A DNA stretch of 64,000 nt from the NCBI RefSeq assembly GCF_002105155.1, contig NW_019028981.1, positions 1-64,000 on the forward strand, in the 5' to 3' direction. Of this stretch, positions 1 through 14,273 are shown piece by piece (position 1 is the stretch's first letter; each line of letters begins with the position of its first letter). Position numbers and translations under genes: made by a program. This DNA is from Lobosporangium transversale. Lineage: Eukaryota. Below the pieces are notes generated by a model. The model ran no database searches. It was given only the letters and a program-made list of their open reading frames with translations, and was not told the DNA's origin.

Positions 1-169
1 CATATTCTGACACCTTCACCCTATTACCGCGGACAATACCTAACATTGGATCATAAGGTCGTCGAGATTGACAAGGATTTCATTCGTGAGATCTCTGGTA
101 CCGTAGCAATATATATCTGTCCTTCATCTCGGGCCCTTTTTCTATATTAGTCCACTTTACTCACTCATC

Positions 170-201
<32 letters not shown>

Positions 202-1877
202 CCCCTTCTATTGACGTCGAAAAATACTGTAGGGTTTTCTCATCCTCGATCTGTCAAGATTTTGACGGAAGTGATGGTGTATAATGCTCAATCTAAAAAG
301 CCTACTCGTGTACTTGTACTTGAACGTCCTTTAGTAGGGGATGGTATTCCTTTAACCAGACCCTTCGATGGTCCTACAGTGCCAGGGTTGCGACAAACAA
401 TGAGGTAATGGTTTACCCCGAATGTTCCGATATATATTATCTTCATCATTGAGGTGAGATCAGGGAAAGAAAAGGCAATGGTTTTCCCGCCAAGAGACTA
501 ACCAATTATGTTGCCTTATTCAGTGACATGGCATTCCTAGAGTCTTTTCCTGAGCTTAGCCGCGCTTTACGTGATTTCAATACCTTGTGCCAGGAGTTTG
601 AGAACACCTATGTTTACATTCGTGGATTTGCAACACACACACTGGAAAAATTACGCTTGATTTATGAAAAGGCCTACCGTGATTGTGTCGGAGACTCGGT
701 CAAACTACAAAAGATGCTTGATCGGGGCATCGCGGTCGAGCAAGAGAATTTTGCGGAGCTCATGGAAAAGTATGTATAAATCCAATGTCTCTATCACATT
801 TTATTTTATTTTATTTTATTTTATTTTATACTACTTTATTATTCTTTTATCCGGTTCACGAATGCAAATAGGCGCATCACTTATCAAACCCTTTGTTTTG
901 CTCAATGTACCACTAGTGTTGTCCTTGGAAAACTATATCAAAAACTATTTATCCATTCACTTGTGCCCTGTTATTCTGAACGTGATATTGTGATCGATGA
1001 TATTGTCTCCAAGTATCATCATTACATGTTCGCTGCTGGCGCTCATCGGGGGATCGATGTTGGTGAATGTTTAGCTGCGACTGGTAATCCTCTGCAACAA
1101 GAAGCACTCCGGAAACTAGAATTGCCTGAAAAATGGAGGACAATGCGGTTTGATCTTGCTCTACAAGGAGCAGCAAACTTGCTCCGAGCTTGGGATCAAG
1201 ATAATCAAGATGGCTCTGCAGGGCCATTTTCTTTGAGTCAAAGAACCGCCATGGCAAATCATTTTCATGAAACCGAACAAGAGAGAAGTCGTCACCAACT
1301 TCGAGAATCTTTAAGGGCCCTTGTTCAGGATGACAAGTACAAGTCAGGGAAAATGGCCAACAGCATTGTATCAGATGAGACTGAAGCTGACCAAGATGAG
1401 GAAGACGATCCGTTGGAAGACGCAGTTTGGAACACTCCAGTGGAGAAAGCCTATTGTATCAAGTTGGTTCTGGATATGATTGCTGCTGCAGCGGAGGAAC
1501 ACCTCATGAATGGTCAAGGTTTCGGATTTGTTCATAAAAAACGTTCAGGTAAGCTGATACTTTAAAGCCTCATGTGCATTCCATTAGCCATTGCTGCGGA
1601 GACTGTATACTGAAGTTGAGAAGCTTAACATTACCATTTATTGTATTTTATTTTTTCTTACGATATTACTATAGAGGTTTCTGTGACAACCGATGACTTT
1701 ATTCCACTATTAGCCATTGTGATCATTCAAGCTAAAATCACACGCCTTGGCAGTAATCTGTTCTACATCCAGCGATTCCGTATCAACACACCCAAGCCTG
1801 ACCTTGAGTATGTGAACAGTAGCATGATATAAAGCATCTTTTGTCTATCAATTTTCGTTTTAATCCAATGGATTCCT

Positions 1878-1908
<31 letters not shown>

Positions 1909-4420
1909 ACCTTCTACCTTCTTGCTTAGTTTTGCTCTGGTCACTTTTGAAACATCCATCAATTTCCTCAAATCCGATCCCCTTAAACTTTTGAACGTCG
2001 ATAATACCCCGACGCCGTTGTCGTCTCAGAGCCTCAATTCAGCTTCAAGGGTTTCGCTTCAAGGATCTCATCCTCGAATCGAGATTGATCAAAATACTCC
2101 CGTAGAAGAGAACCAATTAATTCCATGGGGGACCCCGTCACAAACAGGCTGGGGATTTTCCCCACCGAATGCAGAGTCAGATGCTTTGCCGTTTGACCTG
2201 TCGACATCATGCTCTGAAAAGAGTACGTTAGGGGCCCCACCCATAGAGTCATCTCTAGCGCGCCCATTCCTTTCAACCCGAGTCAGCGATTCGCAACAAT
2301 ACCAGCAACGCCATTTCAGGTCCGCATCCATGAATTTTGATGACCGTTTCCGTAGAGTATCCCAAGCAGACGAAGGCGGCAATGGATCAAGCAATAACAA
2401 TAGCTGGTCAAGAAGCCCAATGCTTGGCCCACGATTCACATCCGGCGCCAACTCACCCCTTGGAACAACTTTCTCAAGCCAGGGAGAGGCAGGGTTCGGC
2501 TCCCTACCACGTAGGCCTTCACATCAATTGACGCAAATGCCACAACGACATTCAATTTCTAATGTCCAGGCTCACACGTATACACATTCACAACAGAACC
2601 ACCACTTGTCAAGGATCTCTGGCGAATACAATCGCCCTGCTCTTCAACCTATGCATTCCCCTAGTATGACTCCACAACTGGTGGTCAAGCCGCAGATCAT
2701 GCTGCCACCACCAAAGACACCACCAATGAGTGGCCAAAACACCACAGGTCGAGCCAGGCCAATATCAATGGGTATGGGAGCGCTTGCGTCTTCAACCTAT
2801 TCTAGTTCATATGGTGCAGCAGGGGGTGCTGTGACGCGCAAGTCCTTTTCCTCAAACTACTCCAGTCCTGCTACTAGTCCACAATTGGGACCAGGAATAG
2901 GAAGTAAATTTGACTCACGATCCAACAGTCTGGTTTCAGGAGCGCCCCCGATGTCTCGGGCCAATTCGGCGAACATTGTTTCTACTGTCAATGAATTGAC
3001 TCTTGGGTCAAATCCCAGTGCGAAGCAGGGAGATCAAGGAGAGCCTCTTTCGCCAGTATCGCCTATATCGCTCTGGACCTCTAAAATTATAACTCAAACT
3101 CCACATTCACCCATGCTATCGGCTTCGCCTTCTCAGGTACATGGATCTCCGGTTGAAGAAGAGCCGCCAGCCCCATTGCTAGATTCCAAAACATCAGAGA
3201 CTTCGAAGCTGTCGAGGTCCCGTTCTAGAATGAATGCGCCAGGTCGGATCAGAACATCCTCTACATCAACTATCTCGTCCATTGCCACCCCTACGACTCC
3301 TTCGACTTTCTCGTCTGTTAGTGGCAACGCTTTACTAGAATCTTTGGCTGCAAATGCTCAACTAATTAATCCTATGACATCTCAAGGGCCATGTTCTGGT
3401 GCAGGTACAGGTACAGATGCAAACACAGGTACAGGAGCACATCCTTCCTCATGCATTCCTTTGGGTAACACAGAAGGTATTCATCCGCAAACACGTACCA
3501 GTCGACAAAATTCTGTACGATTGTCAATACCAAGGTTGTCGCTCCCGCCCTCGGCCCCTTCGACTGCATTTTGCAAGACAACCGTCAATGCGATCACACA
3601 TGCGACCACGAGTGTAGATGACTTGGAGCCTGCTTCGACAGTGCTGGGAACGGCAGATCAGTATGGGACGCCGATTATTGGCGCCATCACGCCCCCAACG
3701 CCCGGAACCCCCTCTTCGGCCATGGCGCTACCCTGTAGTAGAAGCATCACCAGTACCGAGACGCGCCCATTTGGATCAGGCAGTAAACCTAATGCTTCAG
3801 TATACCCAAAAGTGGATAGTGGCAAGTTCGTTGGGTCGCATCATAGCGCTACTAGCAGCACATCCAGTAGTACAAAGAGCTACTACGGAAGCACGGGGGT
3901 TCCTACCAGCAGTGGCAACAGCAGCGGTGTGAGTAGCAGTGCTATTATTGAGCACTGTATTAGTGGAACTGCACAGGAGTTTGAGTCGAGTTTCCGGAAT
4001 GAGTCCTACCTAGATTCTAACCCACAGAGCTTGGATAGACGTCGTGATAGTGCAACGAGTTTGAGAGGTATCAAGTCTGTGAGTTCTCAGCCTCAGGTGA
4101 TTTTACTCGGAAACCATACCCTAGTTGGCAATGTTGTTGTGGACCATCATCATCCTGGCGGGACACGCCCGCCGCGTGATCTAGGAGGAGAAGGCGAAGG
4201 GGGAGGTAGAACTCGTCAGACAATTCCATTTGGAGATCTTCCATCGTCCTTGCCAACCTCAAACTCTTTACGATCACAAACCCCACATCCCCTCGAGAGC
4301 TCACGGCAAAAGGCAAAGCAGACAATGTTGGGTGATTTTTTGAGTGAGCTAGCCAAGGTTGAAGATGGCGATGTACTTGTTGGCAATAGACGCGATGGAG
4401 TCATGAAAGTTTTTCAGTGA
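1..4420 (+). CDS. VPS9-domain Rab GEF-like protein (5'-truncated by the window, multi-exon) with a ~800-aa Ser/Thr/Pro-rich disordered C-terminal tail
   Basis: GT-AG exons join in frame (e.g. ...ELME|NVVLGKLYQKLF...). VPS9 signature-like VTTDDFIPLLAIVIIQAK...SNLFYIQRF...DFALVTFETSINFL. The last exon is the ORF ending at 4420. Confidence 0.75.
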
Positions 4421-4647
4421 GCTACTACGAAATAGAAAATATATATAGTCTGTAATAAAATTATAAATGTGAATATGTACATAAAAATCCGAAGTAAAAA
4501 AATGAAAATGGGTTCATTATAAACTGTTCACAATTATGACAATGTATATAAATATTAATGTACACTTTTTCTTTTTTTAATGGATTTGAAACTGAATCAT
4601 TGGGAGGTCTTTTGTCCCTTGGAATTGTAATCGTGGCGGCAAAAAGG

Positions 4648-4678
<31 letters not shown>

Positions 4679-4876
4679 GGATTGAACCAGGGCAAGGGGA
4701 AATGCTGACATGAGCAAACGCTCCATGTGCAGTTTTCATTGGTCATTGACAGGTCAACGAGGGGGATTTGTATAAAAAATTGTCCTTCAACCCTCGGTCC
4801 TTTTTATTCTTTCGTCCTTTCACTCTTTCACATTCTTGAGCTATTCTAAAACCAGCACTAATTGCAATTCCCTCTG

Positions 4877-4879
<3 letters not shown>

Positions 4880-4911
<32 letters not shown>
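4880..4911. repeat. (CT)n microsatellite upstream of the first 6-TM gene
   Basis: Directly visible; followed by poly-T. Confidence 0.9.
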
Positions 4912-4918
<7 letters not shown>

Positions 4919-4974
4919 TCTCTTTCCCTCACCTTTTTTTTTTTTTTTTTTTCAGTTTAAAATATATTCAAACC

Positions 4975-5493
4975 ATGACCATCACCGTAGCGACAAATAT
5001 TTTTCAGGATGAACATTCAAAACGCCTCTTTTACTTGACGGCATACTCACTCACAAGCGCAGCCCTCATGGGTTCATCCATCGGCTTGATAGTTTATCAG
5101 GGTCGACAATTTTTCTTTTTAAACCTCCTCGGCAATATCAATGACAACAATTGTAGAAGCAGCAGCAGCAGCAGCAGCACAAGCAGTCCTGATGAACGCT
5201 TCGAAATCATAAACACGTTTCCCTCAACATTACAACAATTCGGAACCTTCGTCCTATCGACCTGGCTTCCATTAACGGTCTGGTTCCTGGCATTGATCTC
5301 AAGCTCGTTGGTGATCAAGTTTTATAGACTAATCCCTCGAGTCCTAATGCCTCGGACGGCGATCCTTTTCAGTCAAGCGGCCTTTGCCCTCTTCTGGGTC
5401 ATCCTCGGATGTGTTCAAGAGGTGGAAGAAAAACTATCGAATTTTTCCTCCCTTACATCATCATCATCATCTGCAGCTGCATCTGTCAATGGC

Positions 5494-5529
<36 letters not shown>

Positions 5530-6245
5530 AACAATAACAATAACAACAACAGTGACAATGTCGAGATGGATAATGGGACATTGTTATTTTCTAGAGAGCG
5601 ACTAGGGATGGGTCAGGATCAGGTTCTCATGCTACAGAACATCCGATCGATGTTGGTTCCTTTATGCATCGTTTGGTATGGTGCTGTGGTGCTCCTAGGC
5701 GTAGCTACGGGATTATTGACAGCAGGTAGTACCCTGTTGGAGAGACAACTAGCGAAAGAGTCTTCTTCTTCTTCTTCTTCTTCTTCTTCTCATGGAACAT
5801 TATCATTCACGACGCGAAAGGAAAAAGGAGATGTTTCAGAAATAACGCGTCAGGCGAAGCATGAGGGGTTCTTTGATGCAGTAACCATTCATAACAACAA
5901 CAACGATAGTAACAGTAACAAGGATTGTCATCCAAGACAATATACTATGATCCAAAAGCTTTTGCTTAGTGGATGGGTCGTGGTCTTGGTATGGAGTCAG
6001 ATGTGTTTCTTTCAATGGATTATCTCATATGGTTCCCTGTCGGGTTCGAAGGGACAAGAACAGAGCGAATCTATCTGGACACCTGTATCGACGTCAGTGA
6101 CGATGTTTGGCTTGGTTTCTGGAATGGTGATGATTACCTTGGGCACTCGATTGATCCCTATGCATACTTCCGATACTTCTTCTTCTTCCTCCTCCTCCTC
6201 TTCTTCTTCCGTTCATTGTTTGGTGAATGAGAAGTCTTTTTCGTC

Positions 6246-6252
<7 letters not shown>
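4975..6252 (+). CDS. Intronless orphan membrane protein, about 6 TM segments, with poly-Ser and poly-Asn loops
   Basis: 425-aa ORF with aaccATG start context, downstream of a (CT)n/poly-T tract; six hydrophobic segments. Confidence 0.75.
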
Positions 6253-6285
<33 letters not shown>

Positions 6286-6839
6286 CTTTCATAGTGTAAA
6301 TATTTTCGACATCATGTATCAATAAAATAAAAAAAAAAAAAAAAAAAAAAAAGAGAGGCAAATCATCGCCCAAATCTTTGATGTTTACAGCACAGCAAGC
6401 ATCATCCAATAATCCAAAACAACCAAAAGATGTTGTCGGCTTAGTCTCATGACATGATGCAGTTTTTTTTTTTTTTTTTTTTTTTTTGGCATCGCCCACG
6501 AGAATCTGTTATGGTTCGCCCTAGAAGGGACGTGCATTGGAGAAAAAAAATGGCTTTGATCGTTTTTTCTCGGCTGTGTGCAAGTAACTCCCGGGTATTT
6601 GTTTTCCTCCCTCTTCTCCCCCCTCCTTAAAAGAAAGAAGAAAGCCTCAGCAAAGACCACAATCCTCTTACATGTCCTCTTCAACTTTTTTTTTTTTTTT
6701 TGTTATTGTTATTATTATTATTATTTAATTTCTTGCTGATTAAAGTTGTTCCTTATTGCAACTATCTCTTCAGGCGATTTCTTTTTTTCTATTGTTTCAT
6801 TCTTTTCTTCCTTTTTGTTTTCTGACCCACTTTACAATC

Positions 6840-7438
6840 ATGGTCAACAACAACAACAACAACGACAGCGACAACCATAACCATTCCTACGAGGCCGAAG
6901 CTGCCTTCGAGGACAAAAAACCCACCCAAAGACAATCAACACCCGATAGTCAAAAACAACTACAAGAACAAAGACAACAACATTCCATCAAAACACTCGA
7001 AAAACTTTCTGCGCAGTTCAATTTGTTTCTGGCATGCACTTGTATCATCTTTGCTTCCTTATTTCCATACTTGATCTCTGTCACTCTTGGATACCAATTA
7101 CGTTTACGTGAAAACTATCACGGTGGGGAACCTGGTAGTGTAGAAGAAGGCAGTGCTAGCGGCGGCATCACCACTGACAGCAGTAGTGCCAGTGGAGGTA
7201 GTATCAATGGGTTTATTGGTGATGGAGGAAAAGGACAGACAGCTCCTTTTTGGATTCTTCCATACGTCTTGCCTTTCAGCATCTTCGTTCCTCTTATTGC
7301 TGTCAAAATCATCAGCAGACTACATAAAAAGAATGAACAACGGCAACAAAAAAGTGAAGGTGTAACTGCATGCCCATATGAGAAGCTGAGGCGACGTCTT
7401 CTCGCAAAATTCAGTAGTCGACCTCGTTATCACGTACT

Positions 7439-7481
<43 letters not shown>

Positions 7482-7834
7482 CCGCAGCAGCAGCAGCAAC
7501 AGCAAGATGATACCAACTCTTGTGTGCTTAATGTATACAATGGAAACACGGGTTTGTATCAAGGACATCAAAACCATCACCATCACCATCACCATCACCA
7601 TCACCACCACCATCACCATCACCATCACCATCATTATTCTCCAATCCATATCAATAAAAGTCTTCGATGGTCCAAATCCTTGGTCCTTTCAAGTCTCGGA
7701 CTCTGGACTCTTCTGATCATTTCAGCCCCCAGATGGGGATTAAACGACGTTATTTCCATCCCCATCTCGCCTATCAATGATATGTCTGTTTCAGTTTCAG
7801 CCACTAGCAGTAGCAGTAGCAGTAGCAGTAGCAG

Positions 7835-7866
<32 letters not shown>

Positions 7867-8912
7867 ACAGTGGTAGTCATATCGCCATCACCAACAAACC
7901 TCACTGGATCGAGCCTGCCAAAAATCCAAACAAATGTTCAAACAAAGCGAGTGATAATGACGCTCGCAATCATCATGACGATACCATTATAAAAAACAAA
8001 GATATCTGGCGATTTCAGCCAGAGGATCCGTTTTCTGGCCTTCCCTTGATTCCCGAGGATGATGATGCTGAGGATGATGATGCTGAGGATGATGACGACG
8101 ACGACGACGACGACGTTAATGACAACGAAACCAATAAGCTTAAAGAAATGGTTCGTATTGCTGAAGAGGATGAAATCATAGAGTCCGAATGGCTCGTTAT
8201 CTCTCCTCAAAATGAGCAGCAGGAACAACAACCACAACAACCACTCACCCAACCCGAGAGATTGTCTGCTCTTCAAGAGTTCTTTGATACACACGATAAA
8301 CAGCTCGACAGTGGCTGTAATGACTGGGTACTGTCACCCCATTGCGCCATCATGCATGATGGAGACCTCTCTGTCTCTTCTCCGGTATATATCCCTCAGG
8401 ATGGAGGAAAAAGAGATCCCATGTTTGATATCGACTTTATTCAGGCTTATAAATACATCCCAGGTTGGACAGAGGCTATAACCATCTGTATTGGACTTTG
8501 TCTCGGTGGGGCCATGGCCGGTCTTGGACACATGCGAACTCAGACTCACAGAACCATTGCAAAGTTACAAAAGCAGCTGGATCATCATGGTGTTGATGAT
8601 AATAATGATAACGACCGTTCCGAAGAGAAAGAAAAAGAAACCAAGCGTATCCAAGTCCTTCGTGCCAGTTTGGTTATGGTCACTTCATTGATTACATTAT
8701 ACCTCTTGTTGTGTTGGATGATCCTATCTCAGTACTACATTTTGCCTACCATGCTCATGGGCAGCGCTGGATTTGTCTTCTTCACAGCGGCTCATTGGAT
8801 CCTCCCAAAGACTTTATTGGACCCTGACAACGTGATGGCTGACATGTCTTTTGATAATCTCTCGCCAACCTGTAATCTTGCCGTTCCTCAAAATGACAAA
8901 GGCAAGGAATAA
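6840..8912 (+). CDS. Intronless orphan membrane protein, about 6 TM segments, with poly-Q, poly-H, poly-S and poly-D loops
   Basis: Long ORF with first ATG at 6840; six hydrophobic segments arranged like those of the upstream gene. Confidence 0.75.
7575..7634 (+). repeat. (CAY)20 coding repeat giving about 20 consecutive His
   Basis: Directly visible; in frame with the 6840-8912 ORF. Confidence 0.9.
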
Positions 8913-9217
8913 TAGCGATATTTTTACTCTTCCTCCATTTCGTCAAGTAAAAACAGTAAAAAAATAAAAAAAAAAAAAAATCAAAGTCCTTGTTGCTTCC
9001 ATAATATTTTATAATACGTTCTAAAGTGCGCTCGTTTATTGAATGGTTTTTGTATGAGTACAGAGTAAAACAAGAGGTGCATGATAGTAAACGAAAGGAA
9101 GAACAACTATAACAAGATGATTAATTGCAGTTATGACATGCGAAAGAAGGAAAAAGAAAAATGAGATGGTATATGTACAGGTATATAGTGAGAGAGGAGT
9201 AAAGAAGAGAAAGAGAA

Positions 9218-9251
<34 letters not shown>

Positions 9252-9292
9252 ATAATAATAGAGATAAAAAGGGTGTGTAATCATGAGCTTTC

Positions 9293-12200
9293 TTATTCTA
9301 CCACACCCAACATCCAGAAAGGTGGAACTCCTGTGCCAGGTAATGAGCCACCAAGCGAGTCTTTGAAATCATTTTCATCAGTAGCTAAAGCCTCAAAAGT
9401 ATTGGCTTCCAATCCGAGATCGCCCCACTCTAGAACATCGACATTGGCTGGATTAAAAGGTTTTGCATATTTCTCAACCTTTTGGCGATCATTGGCTGCT
9501 AATGTTGATGATGATCCTGATGACGATCCTCCCATGGTCAACAATGCTCTAGATGGGACGTGATCATAGTTTCTGCGTGCTGTATAAAGAAGTGCATCCA
9601 TAGTCACCTTTCGCAAAGCTGGTGAACGGTAATGATCCTGGCGAACATAGTTGCGGACAATATCTCCTAATCTGTAACCACGCTTCGAGCGATGGCGCCA
9701 AAGGTCTGGGGCAGAACTCATTCCTGAATTGTCGACCATACGCGTCAAAAGTGTCCAGTACTGTAAGTTCAACGTTGAATAACGCTCTGTTAACTCTGCT
9801 ACTGTATATATGGGTTCCCCTGATCCCTCGGGTACAAGTGGTGGCGTCGACGAAGCTACAAGGGGTTGCTGCTGCTGCTTCTCTTGAGGTTTGGCAGGGA
9901 AACCATCATCCTCGTCATCAGTGACATCCTGGTCCGTTAAATCTTGATCTGGACGACGCTTCTTCTGATAATCGTCATCATCGTCGTTCTCAGAGGACTC
10001 GACTTTCTTTTCAGCATCGGAGTTTGGAGCCTTATTCGCCATGACAGAGTCCTTCATCATAAAGCCCAGATCTCGTGGCCGGCTTATGGACTGATCAAGA
10101 CTTAAATCGAGCTCATCATTTTCCTCGTCCAGATACATACCCGCTAGTTCCTGACCAGAGACATCAGCAGCTGCACCACCAGGCTGCAATAGTCCTTCCA
10201 TTGACTGTCTAGTCGCGTAGGCATTTTCGAATGGCATCTTGATCTTTCCATCCTGGACGACCATGAACTGACGTCCAACTCTCATACGGCATCGATTCAC
10301 GACTCGGAGGAAGAGACGAACATCATCTGTGATGGCTGATAGCGCTGCAACATGCAGATCCATAAATGATGATCGGTGATCACCTTGTCTCGCATACATG
10401 ATCCCCTCAGGCGAGTTGACCAAATGCTCGAGCCAGGTAGAAAAAACAAGGTTGAGTTGGATGTACTCGTTCTGTGTGAGCACATGGACTCGATGAAGCA
10501 TACGGACTGCATCCAGGAAAGCCGGCATCGTGTCCGCCTTCAGCAGATCTTTGGGAATCGTCAGCAGTGGTCGTGACCCAATGGCGCCCTCCTTCTTTGG
10601 GATAATTCTTGGAAGACGGTTCAGAGCCGGGAAAGAATAACCATGATCCAGCAGGTATCCAGTTTCCTCGACTGTTGGATGTACTGCAACGTATTGATCA
10701 CGCTCCTGAAGAAGAGTTGTGCGGACAATATTGGCCGCAGCGCGAGCAAATGTTTCGTTACCGGTAAAATAGTGGGCCAATGTTAGGGTTGTGACCTCAT
10801 CATAGAGACCTTGCAGTGTAATAATTTTAGAAGAGCCATCCTCGTTAGCAATGTTGACGGATGATGATGGGGGAATAATTGGTTTGCCCTGACTATCGCC
10901 GGGATAAAGGATCAAGTCCTCAGCAGACGCCTTTTTCAAGAGGTTCAAACGCTTAGAGAGCACCTCACATGCTTTGGTCTGAAGTTCCTGCACCATAATA
11001 GTGACGCCAGATTCCCCAATCCAATACTTTTGACGATTTGCCCGGAGCACACTGTCCTTGTAGACGAGAAGATCTGATGGCCGGAAGGTCTTACGAGCGA
11101 TCCTCTCATCAATACCATCGATCAAATCCTGAATAGCAAGCAATCGATTGTAAGCACGAATGGCTGCAGACTGTCGTGTATTCTCTTCCTGTGATCGTTT
11201 TCCTGAAAAGAGACGGAAGACCCAGCCCACAGTCTTGAAATCGGCTTTGTTGGGAATAGGTTCACGCTCCTTGGGCTCCCATGATACTGATGGTTTGCTA
11301 ATTTTGCCGCGCTCCAGTGCACCCAACCTCCAAAGAAGCTCAAGCTGTAAAAGAGAAAAACAAAAGAAGGAATAGGTCGTAGATGAGTAAGAGACAACTG
11401 GAAGTAATCACAATCACATATCAGTACTGATTGAATTTATCGTATCGAATGTTACCTTGGATCGACGACCATATCGCATGTCTGTGTTATACATATCTGT
11501 GGCATCATTTCTGAAGATGATTTGCGGTTCCTCTTTGGAATTTGGACGGGTGTCGACACCTTTCAAGAGCTGTGAGTTGTCAACTAGTCGTGCCATTGGT
11601 ACAACAAAATACTTTACGGTATCACCATAGTCTCGAATGGACAGTTTAATTTCATTCATGGCGTTCTTTGTCAGGAACGAGTTTCCATCAAAGGCAAAAA
11701 TCCATCGAGCTTCGACCTTGGTCTTGCCATGTTGGATTGCGATATTTCGACCACCGTTCTAAGGTTGGGGATGTTGTACAAAGAGTGACGGCGTTAAAAT
11801 CACAAAAATGTCGTAATAGATAAATGATTCTATTTTGAGGCAAAGGCAGTGCAACCATTTGAGTTGGTCACAAACAAACCCTGATGGATCCCTCATTGTT
11901 CCTAGTCTGTTTCAGCCTCATTGACCTCTTTTTTTTTTTTTTTTTTTTTTTTTGACATTATTTTCCCTTAGTCCCGATGTGGTTGAGGCCTGACTATACG
12001 CACACGAGACCTCCTCATCCTGATGATAGTAATAATAAGATAATAACAACTTACATTATTCATGGCATATTTGTTCTTGTCATGATAAGTATAGTCCAGC
12101 ACTCGAAGCTTGGCTACCTTGGAGAAAGTCGAATAGTCATCTGAGGAAAAAAAGTCTGGTTCTGGAAAGTCCTCAAGCCTGAAATCCTGCTTTAGGTATT

Positions 12201-13338
12201 CATTTTCTTCAAAGGGAACTCGAATGTATTCTTGACGGTGATGGTCCAGTAGCTGAATAATCGCCTCTTCTGCGTGCTGATCCACAATTCTATTCAACAC
12301 CCAGAGCTTCCTTGTCTTTTCAAACTCAGGCTCGTGCTCCAGAATGAAACGCACGTTTGATAGTGTCTGGCCAGGACGATGACGAGGAGGCAAATCATTG
12401 CCGAGGATACGGTAGAGGACAATGGACTCCGGATCAATGGTGTCTCCTGCCCTTGGCGGAATACCCTTTCTACCGAGGTCGGAGTTTGATCCATGACTAT
12501 AAGACTGATCCAAATCTGCTTTGTCTGGTTGGTCTGGCGTCTGTTCACCGGAGTGTCTTTCTGAATCATTGTGCCCGCCTTGCTCCTGTTTCCAAGGTTT
12601 ATTCTCTTGATCAGATACCCTTTGATGCTCCAACTCCTTTGCTCTTTGCCTGCTTTTATCGAGAGGGTAGTCGTAATCATAGTCATAATCGTATCTGTGC
12701 CTTTCACGGTTGCTAGAATGGTGTTGAGAGTCGACCGATCGACGGTTCTTCCAGAGTGGAATAGATGGTTGAAGATAAAAGAGCAAAAGGAATGCAATCA
12801 AGGCAAGGATGAGGTAATAGCCCAGAGCCCTCTTGGTGAACAGCCGTTTCCGTAATGAGCGAAGTCTGGATGAGGCTGACGTGGAGGGATAATAGACAAA
12901 CTGTTTATCGACAAGTGCTGAGGGTAGATCACTTGCAGTACTACTATTACTGAGTGAGTGATTATGGCGGGGGGTGAAGGGTGTGGATGATTGTGTTTCA
13001 CTACTGCCATGAACGGAGCCGTTACTTTTACCTCGTACACCCTTGACAAGAGCTGCTGCAGAGGCAGCGACTGCAGCAAGAGTTGAGGATCGGACTGAGG
13101 CTGAGGTGTTGGACGAAGAATAAAAGTTACTGCTACTGAGAGAGTGACCATTAGGGGTAAGAGTATACTCTCGCACGTTGCCGTTGCCATTAACATTGGT
13201 AGGATGGTTGCTCCTTCTGGTATAGGGCGGCGGGTCCTGAGGATGGACCATGCCGGGAAAGAGAGGAGGAGGAGAAGGTGAGGTAGATCTGGAGGACGCT
13301 GCAGAGGAGCGGTAGAAAGCGTTATTAGTGGATGTCAT
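9293..13338 (-). CDS. Type II membrane protein: GT-A-like domain plus alginate-lyase (PL5/PF05426)-like domain, 3 exons
   Basis: Single TM (ALGYYLILALIAFLLLFYL). Motifs YRILGNDLPPRH, YAMNN|NGGRNIAIQHG...WIFAFDGNSF, YGRRSK|LELLWRLG. C-terminal TLAHYFTGNETFARAAA...LDAVRML...DH resembles the alpha/alpha-toroid lyase family. Confidence 0.7.
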
Positions 13339-13478
13339 CTATGACATGAACGAGAAAATTGTGTGGAGTGCAGCACAGAACAACTAACTCAAGAGATAAA
13401 AGGCTTGATGAGAAAAATGATAAACGAAAGGGATGGGGGAAGTAGAGACGGAGTGAAAAAGTTTCCAACGGAGAAGCA

Positions 13479-13511
<33 letters not shown>

Positions 13512-14240
13512 TAGAGGAAAAAGCAAAGACTGAAGCTGAAGAAAGAGAGTAAAAGATTAAAAGAAGAGAAAGGAATGGGGAGTAATGTTAGCAGCTGACA
13601 GACATTTACATTTAGATTGTAAAAAAAGGGGTGGATGGAATGATGAGAATGAGATGACTTTATATGACCGAGAGAAAAGAGAGAAAATAGGGTCAAAAAT
13701 GGCCAATGTCGCCGTTGTAATATTCTTTTTCTTTGACATCTAAAAATAATGTTTTCGCTTTCTTTTCCTTCTTTTCTTTTCATTGCATTGCACTTTTAGT
13801 GTGTAAATGGGGATGAGGTGCTTTTTTTTTTTTTTTTTTGCAGTGCCCTGTGAAAATTGAATGCATTGGGCACCACTGCAGAAAAAAAAAAAAAAAAAAA
13901 AAAAGTGGCTACAGCTCACTTGAATCAAACTCAAGCCCAACTGTTCCAACTCTTCCTCAACCCCAAAGACGGCGCCTTGATCTCGCCAACTGTTTCTTTT
14001 TCTCTTCTATCATTATCAACCACTGAGGTGGTCTTTATTGTCTCTCCACCTCTTGGTAAACAAAAAAGAAAAAAGAAAAAAAAGAATATACATTATTTAA
14101 TATATATACTTTTTTATACACAGCCATAGACTATACAAGATCAATTGAATGTTTACGTGGCAGTGTGCCAAGTCACAACAGGTTGGCACAGCAGCGGCGC
14201 TGAGGGCTGCAGACGCATAAAAAAGCTTATCTCTTTTTCT

Positions 14241-14273
<33 letters not shown>

